Below are positions 40,901 to 52,668 of a stretch of 64,000 nt of DNA, piece by piece; position 1 is the stretch's first letter; the number at the start of each line of letters is the position of its first letter. Below the pieces are notes generated by a model. The model searched no databases, was not told the origin of the DNA, and saw only the letters and a program-made list of their open reading frames with translations. The translations under genes and the position numbers were made by a program. Source of the DNA: Tubulanus polymorphus (taxonomy: Eukaryota; Animalia; Nemertea); assembly GCF_964204645.1 (NCBI RefSeq), contig NC_134033.1:4736231-4800230 (forward strand), in the 5' to 3' direction.

Positions 40901-43900
40901 TCGTTCAAAGTTGTTGAGTGTTATTTCAGTTGTATCGTTTTGTGAAGATGCATTAAAATCGATTCTTTCTGTTTCACAAATGAATGTCGTGTGCGTCTCC
41001 TCGATTTGACACGGGAATCGAACCCAGTTCGCTGATCCTCGTGGATTATTCAGTATCATCGCCGTACACGGCATATTGACGTCATTTATCGGTTGTTTTC
41101 TTAGCGGAGATATCAATCCTCGAATAACTTCTGGTATCGTTTCATTAACAGCAGCAGGTTCGAACCATTCTGTGTAACTGAACGGTTTCCCATCAGACCA
41201 CGAGTAATAACCACTGGACTCCTTTAAAAACAAACAAACAAATACTTGTCATACGTACAATGCAGAAAACTCTTTTTGGGTTGTTTTCTGTGTTCTAATC
41301 ATTTTTGGAATAACTTAATATCTTCAAACATGACAAGAACATAGATCATAATCATCAAAGCTCAATTAAATGATTAATATTCGATATTATTTTACCTGCC
41401 ATCTCAATCCTATCATCTTTTTGGATTATTTTCTGTGTTCTAATCATTTTTGGAATAACTTTTTATCTTTTTACATGTCAAGAACATTGATCATAATCAT
41501 CAAAGCTCAATTAAATGATTAATATTCGATATTATTTTACCTGCCATCTCAATCCTATCATCTTTTTGGATTATTTTCTGTGTTCTAATCATTTTTGGAA
41601 TAACTTTTTATCTTTTTACATGTCAAGAACATTGATCATAATCATCAAAGCTCAATTAGATGATTGATATTTGATTTGTATTTTACCTGCCATTTCAATC
41701 CAATCATCACAATAAGCGCCGCCTGTGAATATCCCTCATGAAGCAGTTTTGTAGCAAACAGCTTTTTTACGGCCATCATTTCACGTTGAGAGTTGATACT
41801 GAGAAGATGTCCCGCGTATTTCTGTTGACAGTAAATTTCAGCGTTCTCTTAATTCAGGCGTTCATGTTTGATGTATCTAATACACGAAACACCTGAATCT
41901 AGAAAATCTGATCGGCAGCCATTGATTCGGTGTTTCAGTAAAGGCGATTGTTCTAAAGTGTATTGAATTCGAAATATTGGCATGTACGTGGATAACTCAA
42001 AATACAGGTCATACCCGAGTAGACTGTACAATACAAGTCCTGCTAATGCGTTATTTTCACATATTGTTGTCTTATGACGGGTTTCTGTAAACGTGGAAAA
42101 TAAATTGTTCGGATCATCAAATATTTTGATAATTTGTGTTAGTAATATTGATCCCCTTGTGCGGGTACCAACAGATTCGGAGCATGATGTTTGTCCGATA
42201 AATTTAAACAGGAATCTGATGTAACGATTGATATTTTTGTCAGTAGGAAAAGAAAAACTAAAGAATATAGTTTCGGAGGTTGATAATCCAGGGAAGTCCG
42301 GTGACTGCACGAGTCCACAATCTACAGTGTTCCTTGAAATTCCACCCATAAACCGTGGAGCCACTTGACTTTGTTTTAATTTCTGACATTTACGTCGTAA
42401 TACAATCATTAGTGCTGACCTCCAGAATTCATATTTAGTGCGTAATAATTTCACATGGTTAAATACGAGACTGGTATTAAACACGTGACTATCGAGACTT
42501 ATCGTTAAACAGGGAGTCCTAGCTGTACGATAACATCTGTCAATTTGATATTCGTGTTCTGATAATACATCTATGTTTTCTATTGGTTGGCGTCGATTTT
42601 CAGGTGTAATCACGAGACAGTATGACGTAATAGTGATTTGACGTTCTCCTTCCTGTAGAACATACCCGTCACAATCAGTAGGAACTAATTTTAGTCTACC
42701 AGTTGCTAGTATATCATACCAGTTGTAAGCGTATGCTGCTACAGTAACCGGTCCACCTGATGTAATCAGGCTGACGACAGATCGACCGTAGTATGAACCA
42801 GGACAATACGGACCATAGCGTCTAGCTGTGAAATTACTACCATCAAATATATAAAAACCAGCTCGATCACAATTCTCTGATAAAACTGTTAGTTTTAATC
42901 CATATCCTGATAATTCATACTCATGAATGTCGATTTTCGAGCTAAATGCAAATCTACTGATACGATATTGTAACTTCCTTTTCGAATAACGGGGGTACAG
43001 ACTGTAATACCGCACTGAATGATCATTTCCTACCTACAATTGATGAAAACATAGAGTAAATCATCGGTTTTCAATTAATGTTCATATCTTATTTTCCATT
43101 TAAACAAAAAATATGACTTATGTTCGATCGGATTTGATTGCAAAAATTACGTGAATTGCACTTTCATCGTTGATAAAACAATTTCAAATCAATACAATGA
43201 ATTGAAGATATATTTTCATGCTGTTTTAACTCACTTTTTTATCTTCCACTTTGAAGTCTGTTTCCTTCAATGATTCTATTTTGTATTCGATCGATGTTGA
43301 ATTCAAAGATTTTCCGAAAAGATTCTCTGATAACAGTAAACACAATATCACGAGAAATCCGTCAGATTTTACACCTAACGATTCCAGGTAGTTTTCGCCG
43401 AGTAAAATATCAGTTCCGAAAACCGTTAAACCTTCCAGTTTATAAACACCGATGACGTCACCTGAAGTGACGAGATCACGTGACCAGTTGAAGACGACGT
43501 ACTGCAGTATTTCAGCTGTGATAGACCAGCAGTATAAGCGTTTAGACCGAGTTATTACGTCCGGCCTATCACCAGGAATGAGCACTCCGGATTTGTTTTT
43601 ATAGATCGGAATCGATGGATTCGAAATATTCCAATCTGATATTCTATACAGTTTTACAAATAGATTAGTTTTGAGAGATACTTGGAACTGTTTCATTGAA
43701 AAAGTGGTGACAGCTCTGTTAGTTTTACTGTAAATAGAGATGGGCGGATGTCCGGTTTGTTCCCTCATTATAGGTTCACTTGTGTTCCATCCGTCATAAA
43801 TATGAACGGTCAGATTTAAACCTGGTTGTTTTATTCTGAAATCAACTTTCTCAAAAGTCAAATTCATACCGAAACCCTCTGGTAACCCGGACCACTCGAG

Positions 43901-44455
43901 CTGCAGGAAATTACATAATATTCCATACATGTCGTTTGCAAATTTATAACCAGTTTTTAAAGTTTGTAATTGTTTTAGTTTGTTTGACGAACAGTGGTGA
44001 ACAGTTTTTAGATGATTTTCCTCCAAACGATAAAATACATAAACTCGACTTCCTTTCACAACATCATTTACATCACTCTTAAACATCAACGATAATGAAT
44101 TACTGCGGTAAATATCTAATTGTTTTCCAGCACCGCACAGTAAGTTATCAGAATCGCTGATGCGAAGATAGTTATCTCTACAGAATATAGACGGCTCGAT
44201 GTCGTAGTAAACTTGGACGCGAAAGGTACCCGGTAAAGAGCTGTTGACGAACCAACGACATTCAACACCGCGCGTAAACGACGGATAGTTCGGTGAAACG
44301 ATGTAACCGGACGTAGAATCGAGTGAAAACCACGTATTGTTACAATGTGAACTGACAGTTACAGACGGTTGATAGGTAGAGATCCGATCAGTCGTCTGAA
44401 CCGACGACAGTTTCATTAGTAGAATGAGTAATAACGTTAAGAGACTGCGCATCAT
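37991..44455 (-). pseudogene. GRL101-like receptor copy 5, two nonsense codons
   Basis: Exons 44455-43235, 43033-41687, 41221-37991. TGG>TAA at 41851-41849 and GAG>TAG at 40297-40295; NPxxY changed to NQLLY; intron 2 expanded by a tandem triplication. Confidence 0.85.
41272..41706. repeat. 3 x 145-bp tandem repeat spanning the exon 2 3' end and intron 2 of copy 5
   Basis: Units start at 41272, 41417 and 41562 (ctttttgg...); each ends in tttacctgccat.tcaatcc.atcat. Confidence 0.85.
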
Positions 44456-44692
44456 GTTGACATTCTCCTCGATCAGTTTAAGTCTAACCACAGCGAATAG
44501 ATTTTAATCCAATTAATGTTGGGCGTTTCCGAGTGAGTGAGAGAGAGCGGTATGGAGGATGAGTCAGACTACACGGCGCTCATTAAAAATTAAATTCGAT
44601 AATCTACGAAACCGAATTAATGAGTAACGAGATTCAAATGAAATGTAAAAATGTTATTCGATATTTTGTGCCGAGTCAGTTTTATATACGTA

Positions 44693-45093
44693 TTTAACAA
44701 AACTAATTGTTCTAACTCGTCTTTTGGGGAAGCTCCAGCTACGATTAAATCCTGAGTTATGCAACAATGAGAAAGCTAGTAGTTTTCAGCACTAAACGTA
44801 GGCGATTTTATTCTTTAGATTCTCAATCGAGCAGCTTGGGAATTTGCCTGCAAGATGTATCAGGCTCCAAGACTCGTCTCAAACTCAACTGCTGTTCATG
44901 GATTTACATTCTATTTATATAATACTATAAAAGTTGACAGACATGTTTGAGCACACAATTAATTACAAAACAAACTGTTATCACAGGTGTCGAATTGACA
45001 GATGTCTAACTGATTGTGTGAGTAATAATTAATTAATGGTGAATTAAAACAACAGCGCGATTAAAAGTATACATGTCTATTATTTTTGCTAAA
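44693..45093 (-). repeat. 3' LTR
   Basis: Direct repeat of 46927-47327 with 15-bp imperfect inverted ends. Confidence 0.85.
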
Positions 45094-45832
45094 TTCTTCC
45101 TTACTATCCTTCAAACTTTTGTCCGCAAAAGCTGAATAGAATATCAACATGTTTCGTAATCACAGTAAAAAGAGTTTTACTAAATTCATTCCTGCCATAC
45201 ACACGTATTTTCGTCGTCGTTAAAGTTCACGATATACGGGTTTTCACTGCCCGCTGACTTCAATGGCGTAACTCTGTTCGTTGATGGCGGCAATGTTCTG
45301 AGAATGAATTATATTGCGATTCAGAAAGAGACCGAAATTTACAGTTCCGTTCTCAAATTCTATCGGTGTGGACAACCAGGACAGACATCACACAAGTAAA
45401 CATGCATTGATGAGAATTCTATTAATTTAAAGTCTAGGGAATCGTAATATATTTGTATCAGTCAAATTTAGATTTTATGTCTAAGAGCAGTGGCAACGTA
45501 AGACCATAGTCTTTGGCTATATTGGTTAATTTCAAATCATCATTTAACCTAAATCGTTGACCTTTTTTAATTTCACAAACTAAAAACATACTTTCAATTT
45601 CCAATGCATAAAATTCCTTAAGCCATGTATCTCGCATTTCGCATTTAAGATCCCTCACTGATGTGTCACCAGGGACGAATATATTCTTTTGCATCTGTAT
45701 TTGGAAAGGCTCAGAAAATGCTTTAATCATACGTGGACGATTAATCACTGTAACGGGGACGTGGATACCTAGATCCAATCCACTGCCAGTGTCAACCTTG
45801 CGAAAAGGTTTTCTAAATCTACGTTGTGGCCT

Positions 45833-46813
45833 TTAGCTAGCCAGGTCCCACGACGCAATTTGTTCCGGTTCTACCTGCTGAGATTTTGGATTTAAGCTGG
45901 CCGAGTTATTTTTAGTATTATCCAAATGCTCAGCTAAGACAGTACATTCTGATATTTTGACCGGATTAACAAACATGCGCTCTCTCTCCAAGATTGTTAA
46001 CTTGTTTTTAAGATTTTCGTTATCTTCTGACAATTGGTCACTAGTCTTTTTGATGCTCTGTTTATGTTGTTCGTTTTTACTGATTTGCCTTTTTAACTGT
46101 TCTATTTTACATATTTGTTCTGTATTTTGCGATCGCCACTTCTCTAGTTCAAAATTCAATTCGGTTATTTCTTGACTCAGAGTGGTTTTGTTAGCTTTAA
46201 GCTGTTCCACTATTACTTTGGTGTCAGATAATTGATTCGCTAATTTGTCAGTATCAATTTTGGCTTTGGCTACAATACCTTCCTTATGTTTCTGTTCGAG
46301 TCTAAATGCCAAATTTTCAGATTCTAATTCCTCGTTAATAATTTGCAAAATTTTCATATCTCGTTTAAATTTAAAAATTTCATTTCTGTAATTTTGGTGA
46401 CTAGAGTTAACCTCTACGAACATTGCAGTTCCTAATGAATTAAAGGGCATTTGGCGAGCTATGAATTTTCTAAGATTGTATTCTTGAAATCTTATTTTAT
46501 CTCTTGGTTTCTGCTTTTCACATTTAATTTTAATTTTAGGTTCGTTTGTTATATTATTTTGAATTGAGCATTTATTATCTATTCGCGTATTCCTGAATCT
46601 ACAACATCGAACGAAATGTCCTATTCGCTTACAAAGATTACACCTAGATATCAATGCATGACACTTGTGTGAATAGACCATATCCCACTTACCACACCGT
46701 TCACATTTATCATGGAAGTTCTTTGGCACTTGAAGATAAATTCTTTGATGCTGGGTTTTTCCATCATGGTAGTTTCTCCACTCCAATGGCTGGTCGTTGA
46801 TGAAGAACGTCAT
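45833..46813 (-). CDS. Gag-like protein with CCHC zinc knuckle and long coiled coil
   Basis: CNLCKRIGHFVRCC fits C-x2-C-x4-H-x4-C and is preceded by CERCG...HKC; heptad-rich C-terminal half; ATG ~110 bp downstream of the PBS. Confidence 0.7.
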   Translation of the reverse strand: MTFFINDQPLEWRNYHDGKTQHQRIYLQVPKNFHDKCERCGKWDMVYSHKCHALISRCNLCKRIGHFVRCCRFRNTRIDNKCSIQNNITNEPKIKIKCEKQKPRDKIRFQEYNLRKFIARQMPFNSLGTAMFVEVNSSHQNYRNEIFKFKRDMKILQIINEELESENLAFRLEQKHKEGIVAKAKIDTDKLANQLSDTKVIVEQLKANKTTLSQEITELNFELEKWRSQNTEQICKIEQLKRQISKNEQHKQSIKKTSDQLSEDNENLKNKLTILERERMFVNPVKISECTVLAEHLDNTKNNSASLNPKSQQVEPEQIASWDLAS

Positions 46814-46926
46814 GATTTTCTTATCTCGCTCAGGTGCTGATGACTGTTTATATGCTTCAGATGATTATTGTAGCTGCGTTGTTGACAAATAGGATACCAG
46901 TTCTCTGCTCACGGGTTCTCCACCAA

Positions 46927-47327
46927 TTTAACAAAACTAATTGTTCTAACTCTTCTTTCGGGGAAGCTCCAGCTACGATTAAATCCTGAGTTATGCAACA
47001 ATGAGAAAGCTAGTAGTTTTCAGCACTAAACGTAGGCGATTTTATTCTTTAGATTCTCAATCGAGCAGCTTGGGAATTTGCCTGCAAGATGTATCAGGCT
47101 CCAAGACTCGTCTCAAACTCAACTGCTGTTCATGGATTTACATTCTATTTATATAATACTATAAAAGTTGACAGACATGTTTGAGCACACAATTAATTAC
47201 AAAACAAACTGTTATCACAGGTGTCGAATTGACAGATGTCTAACTGATTGTGTGAGTAATAATTAATTAATGGTGAATTAAAACAACAGCGCGATTAAAA
47301 GTATACATGTCTATTATTTTTGCTAAA
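46927..47327 (-). repeat. 5' LTR
   Basis: Direct repeat of 44693-45093, adjacent to the PBS. Confidence 0.85.
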
Positions 47328-48029
47328 CAAACCGGACTCAAACGTAAATTCTGCACCCGTCACACGTCATTCGACGAGAAAGGCAGCTGCCGAGGCTAGA
47401 AATAACATCAGTAGATGGGCTAACGTGCTGTCTGATACATGTAGTAGTTAATTAATTGATAACCGCTCAGGTCAACGCTAGGTTACTCGGAGACCTAAAC
47501 AACAAACACAACGCAATGTAATAGACTTTATAATCTTAGTTTTAGAATTAATTTCAATTATACACATCATTTTTAGTTGTCAGTAGTTCCTTATCCGACT
47601 ATCATAAATTTATAACAATATACATGCATCATTTATTCGAATATCGATATTATTTAGTTGTAGTAACATTTTTCTTAATTACATCTATCTAGTAATTTTA
47701 TGTCGCCCGGGAGAATGTCGGGAATTGTTATATGTCAGTTACCAGTAACGCACTCCCCTCAGTTCATGTAACCCCGCCTATGTAAGCCCCGCATGAACTT
47801 ATGCTGTAGCGAGTAGATAAATAAATCAGAGTTTACTTAGACACCAAACATATTGGTCGTTGTTCACCTCTCCGGCGGTCTTGCTTATTTTACTCAAACC
47901 TGGACCATTTAATGTGGCAATCATAGCCCACAAATACAGTACAGAATGAGAAGTATTGAGAAAGATGTAATAATACCTGATCTTTGAGCAAAAAAAGCAG
48001 ATATAACCTTCAAAAGTACTCATGAGAGG

Positions 48030-51000
48030 TAATAATAACAATCTTTATTTACATTGAAATTATAACATAATATAACACTCAGTTTTATACATAATTATAT
48101 AGATATATAAATATGTTATAAAAGTTATAATATCGATGAAAGATGCCCGTGAAGCGAAATGCTTGTAAAAAGGGTCACCTCAACACACTTTTACAATCAC
48201 ACAATCACATACACAATCACATTCATACAAAAGGAAAATCAATAATGTAATAAATGGCGAATAATTAGCTAAATCGTACAGTTAGAGATTGTGGTATTTT
48301 TGAATTTATATTTGAGTTCACCCAGCGATTTAGAAATTTGTAAACTGTTGGGAAGGTTTTGCCAAAGACTAGGTATTGAACGGAGAAATGAGTTATGAAA
48401 TACATTTTTTCGGTGATAGGAAATTCGTGGAAAATTACGTTGTCGCGTATTATAGCAATGATTTGATGAATTTCTTTTTGAATTGACGGATTATTTAGTT
48501 GGAAGTTGGTTATTAATGAAAAGATATGCATATCTTATTGATTCAAATTTAATTAGAAATTTAGAATTTAAATATCCTGCAGTGTTTATGCTAAAAAATT
48601 GATACCTCGTTTCTCCTCTGCTGAGGAGCTTTAAAGTTGACCCGACCGGCCGCTAATCTACCCTGTACATTAATTTTTTCTGAGCTAAATGATCGATACT
48701 AGACAGGTTCAGATATGTCGGCCCATGTTGATACATGTGGTCAGCAGTATCGCATTGTATCATTTATTTTCCATTATCAAAATGAAATAAACTAAGACCT
48801 TTACCCTGTCTGGATTTTGCAAGGGATGCGGATTCGAAAAGAAAATTCACGGCCGGAATTTTTTTCAAATTGCTCGTCACTACGCTGTTAAGCGGTAAAA
48901 AGATCGTCATGTAGTCCATGTGTAGGGCCTATCATTTCACTATGCTTTACCGCGTCTGAGTTCGTGGAAATGGTGCAGCGTATTCATTATTTGTTTTTGA
49001 GAACATCCTACAAGTTTCTACTAATTGTAGACGTTCTTAAAACCCTCCAGTTTAAGAAAATAAATTCTTGTATATGGTACTTTCAAAAGATCATTTCATG
49101 CACCGCCGAAAAATTTTACAGTCCCGTAGCGTTATAACGAGCTTTGACCATAGTATGGGCGTGTGTTTGAAATGTGACCATTTCGTTTCGTATTTCGGTT
49201 CGTAATTTAGCACTACTGGCAAAAAAATTTCCATTTCGTAATTTCGTAGTTTCGTAATTTCGCTCCCTATTTCGTAATTTCGTTTCATATTTCGTGATTT
49301 CGTAGTTTCGTACTTTAGCGGGACCCTCTTGGGCATATAATCCTTGTGACTCAAATTTGGTTTTGACAGGTTTTTAGACAATTCACTTCCAACAGTACTG
49401 AAATATTTACAAAATGCATAACTTATGGTTGATTTGTTTTTACATAATACGCCGTCTACATTAAAAAGGGACACAGTCTTTATTATGAGATTTTCCCAAC
49501 ACATCTTTCATGGTAGCCCAGAGTTTACGGCTATTGTTTTTGAACTTGAATAATTTATTACTATAAAATTGTGTCATCCATAGTTTGCGAATGTTATGTT
49601 GAGTTTAACAATTTCTTCTGGTGCATAATAATCGATAATGCGCGTTTTGATTATCATTAAAGTACACATATGCAGCATTAACATCTAGCTGTTTATCGGT
49701 GACCAATCGGTCGCCAAAATAGCACGGTTGATAAAATTTATATTTACATCTGTAATTTTTCTTCGCTTAAAGAAACGGGGATTTTCATTTACATGCGCGG
49801 TTTTATCAATTGAAACGAGGCAAGGCAGGTGATCTGACAAGTGGGATAGCAAAATACAAGAGTTAATACTTCCTTTAATATTAGAATCAACATATATATT
49901 ATCTATCAAAGTAGCAGAATTTTTGGTTATACGAGTTGGATGAATGATAGATGGATATAGCCCATTTGTTAGATTAAAATCTAAAAATCTAGCCGTATTA
50001 GCATGATTATCAATTTTTAGAAAAATATCAAGATTTTGGTCAGTCCCAATCATGACTCACTTATTTTCATTCTTAACTTTCTCTGCACAGATACTGTAAT
50101 CATCATCTCACTTGTACCTTGTACACGGTATATCTCAACTACGACAATATTGTCATCTAACTATATAAAACAGGACTCGAATTGACCAGATTTGAAAATA
50201 CATAGATCATTCCGTTATGAAAAATGCAAATCATAACGTACATTAATGGCTACACCACCGCCCTGGCTTTTTTCTCTGTGTTTTTCAACTAGACTCTAAC
50301 CAGGTATTTGAACTTTACAAACATTGTCGTCACTAAGTAACGTTTCATATGATAGAATTAAGTGTAATTTACATGACTGCTGATTAAAGATATTAATTAT
50401 ATTTCTTAGATCTGTTATCTTACTACAGAGACTGTGTATATTAAGTTGAAGAATATTGAAATTAGAATCATCGAATTTGATCTTACTTATGTCATACTGA
50501 TATCTATATAAGGACAATCATTATTCAAAGGATTAGAGTCGATTAAGTCGTGATCTAATAAGTAATCAGAATTATTCTGAATGACCTTGATACGGTCTGT
50601 TACATTTATATTACCGAGACACATTGATATTTTATATAAAAAAAGATTAGATCCAATAATGATAGACAGAGATCATCACTCTGTACTTGTCGTAAATAGG
50701 CTCATGTTTATTCTTGGACATTTGGCTTTTTGGTGGTCTTTTCGGTAGAGGGAGGCGTCTCAGTTAGGTATTACGTTTCTTTCCGGTGTTACCCGTCTGT
50801 GGCGTCGCACAGACATCGCTTTCGCCGATTCCTTCAACTGCTTCGCAGAATTACTTTATCAGAGCTAACTTCCCGGTTTCACTAAGATGGATGTCACTTC
50901 TATCGGTCACTGAATAATAGCCGGCGAGTACTTTGCCATAGGTCGACTTCAAAGATGTGTCATTGTCGATAAATGACATGTTGTTCTTCAAGCACAACTT

Positions 51001-51700
51001 TCCCATATAAGAATTAATTTCTGATACTGTGTTGTTGAAGTCTTTTACATTGTAACTGCCGCATTTTCTCGGAATGATGCTGTATAGATGTATCTGAGAT
51101 TTTGGATAATGCTCAGCTGTCTTGGTTAATAATAATGACAAGTTCATTTTTACGGTATCGGGGTCATTCTTGTTTTGAGTGGCATCATTCATGCCGAGAT
51201 GAAGGATGACATCAATGACTGATGACGCGGTCACTGTATTGTCAGCGGTATCGAGAAGCGAAGCAATGTTATCGCTAGATGCACCCGGCTGACGGATTAC
51301 AAAGCCGGTCGGAAATTCACTATTTCGGAGATTTGAGTCGTCTATCAAAACAATGGACGATTCCTGGGAACTATTTACGGTAGTGCCGGGCGTTTTCTCG
51401 GTGTTATTCTCGGTGTCATTCATCGCGCCACATTTGAAACACTTAGGAGGTGATTTTGACGGACAGTCATATGAATTGTGAACATCACCTAGGCAATGCT
51501 GACAGCATATGCCCGAACAGTATATCCTAGCTGACTTTTGTATATGTTGGAATGACTGCTTCGATCTTTTATAAAGATCAAGTCGAGTTCCATCCACATT
51601 TAATCCCGAAAGTTTTAAAGAAGTTTTACTTTCCTCGTTTATCGTTGTGATAAGATACGATTTTATCTAGCTTCGATAACCTGCTGGTGCGAAAGTTTGT
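48030..51700 (-). mobile_element. Decayed LINE with SGNH/GDSL-esterase ORF1 (CR1/L2 group), RT largely deleted
   Basis: ORF 50851-51597 has zinc-knuckle remnants and SGNH blocks (IVLIDDSNLR, LHLGMND, DIHL). EN fragments at 50517-49685 (LNIHSL, PTRIT..SATLIDNIY, SDHLP); linker at 49504. Boundaries approximate. Confidence 0.75.
49180..49320. repeat. Degenerate (TTTCGTAA)-type short tandem repeat interrupting the decayed LINE
   Basis: Repeated tttcgtaat/tttcgtag/tttcgtga units. Confidence 0.65.
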
Positions 51701-51844
51701 TTCCACCTTTCTCTTGATAATTCACACATCATGGCAGAGTTCTTGATATCCTGATTGCTTTGAAGTAGATAATTTTTAAATAGAAACGGACGATTCACGA
51801 CACACGTTCGAACTATTCCGCCATTTTGTCTCGGGATGATCATG

Positions 51845-51905
51845 AAGTACTCATGAGGGGTACTCATGATGGGTACTCATTAGGGTGCTCATAATGGGTA
51901 CTCAC
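51845..51905. repeat. Short tandem repeat of ~13-bp GGGTACTCAT-containing units
   Basis: gtactcatga, gggtactcatga, gggtactcatta, gggtgctcataa, gggtactcac. Confidence 0.6.
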
Positions 51906-52556
51906 AGGATTATCATTTCCTACTGTTGTCGTGCATATTACTCACTGAAAATATGTGAATAAATAAATAAATTAAACTTGATTCAATACTACATTCATAC
52001 TTAATTTATTGAAATTAAACTAAGTAAAAATCAACAGCTCGACAACTAAAATCAACAACTAAAATACTCGTCTCTAAAATAAGTCAGTCTTAAATTTATG
52101 ACTAATGTTGATTTCAACCTGACTTCACAACACACCATGTGGCCTAGCTCAGTCAGTTGTGACGGTACATACTTTAAAAAAGTCTTATTAGGACCAGAAA
52201 GGACAGGCAGCTGAATTAAAACATTGCTTTTAGCAAGTTGACTCCATGATTTCAACAATTGCTACTGCGAATTAGGAAAGTGGTCGGCCCGTTCCCACAG
52301 GGGGTGTGCTGGGGTGTGCTCCACCTCTAGAGTTCCGCTATTTTTTCACAAAGAAAATTCATAAGATAACATTAATGTTTCATGACTTTGGTGGACCATG
52401 CTACGGGAACGATTTATGAAATCAATTTGAGTAATCATTTAAATAAAATAAAATCATTGATTAGCTGATTCCTGTTAGGGCCAAGTTAAAAAAAAATTCC
52501 GTGCAATATACCATGCAAAAAATATATTGCTTCGTTTCTTCGCCCGTTTCTGTGTG

Positions 52557-52668
52557 GCGCAAAAACGAAATTTACCGCGCAGAAACGCGCCAAAACGAGC
52601 GCAGAAACGAACTTCGTTTTAGCGCCCGTTTTGGCGCGTTTTAGCGCAGTGATTTCTCGATTTTGCGC
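52557..52668. repeat. ~110-bp imperfect palindrome (hairpin), MITE-like core
   Basis: Arm gcgcagaaacgcgccaaaacgagcgcagaaacgaa (52577-52611) pairs with ttcgttttagcgcccgttttggcgcgttttagcgc (52613-52647); the arms extend outward. Confidence 0.7.

Larger units (their letters stand above)
44693..47327 (-). mobile_element. Non-autonomous gag-only LTR retrotransposon (TR-GAG/TRIM-like)
   Basis: ~401-bp direct repeats 44693-45093 and 46927-47327 (only two mismatches noticed). On the minus strand a PBS-like TGGTGGAGAA follows the 5' LTR and purine-rich GAAGGATAGTAAGGAAGAA precedes the 3' LTR. Internal gag-like ORF; no pol. Confidence 0.82.

Noticed and set aside
41272-41706. Regularly spaced repeats as a CRISPR-like array
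   Set aside because: Eukaryotic context; these are full tandem duplicates with no unique spacers and no cas genes.
45458-45778. 106-aa ORF inside the LTR element as a pol remnant
   Set aside because: No protease, RT, RNase H or integrase motifs are recognisable; left unassigned.
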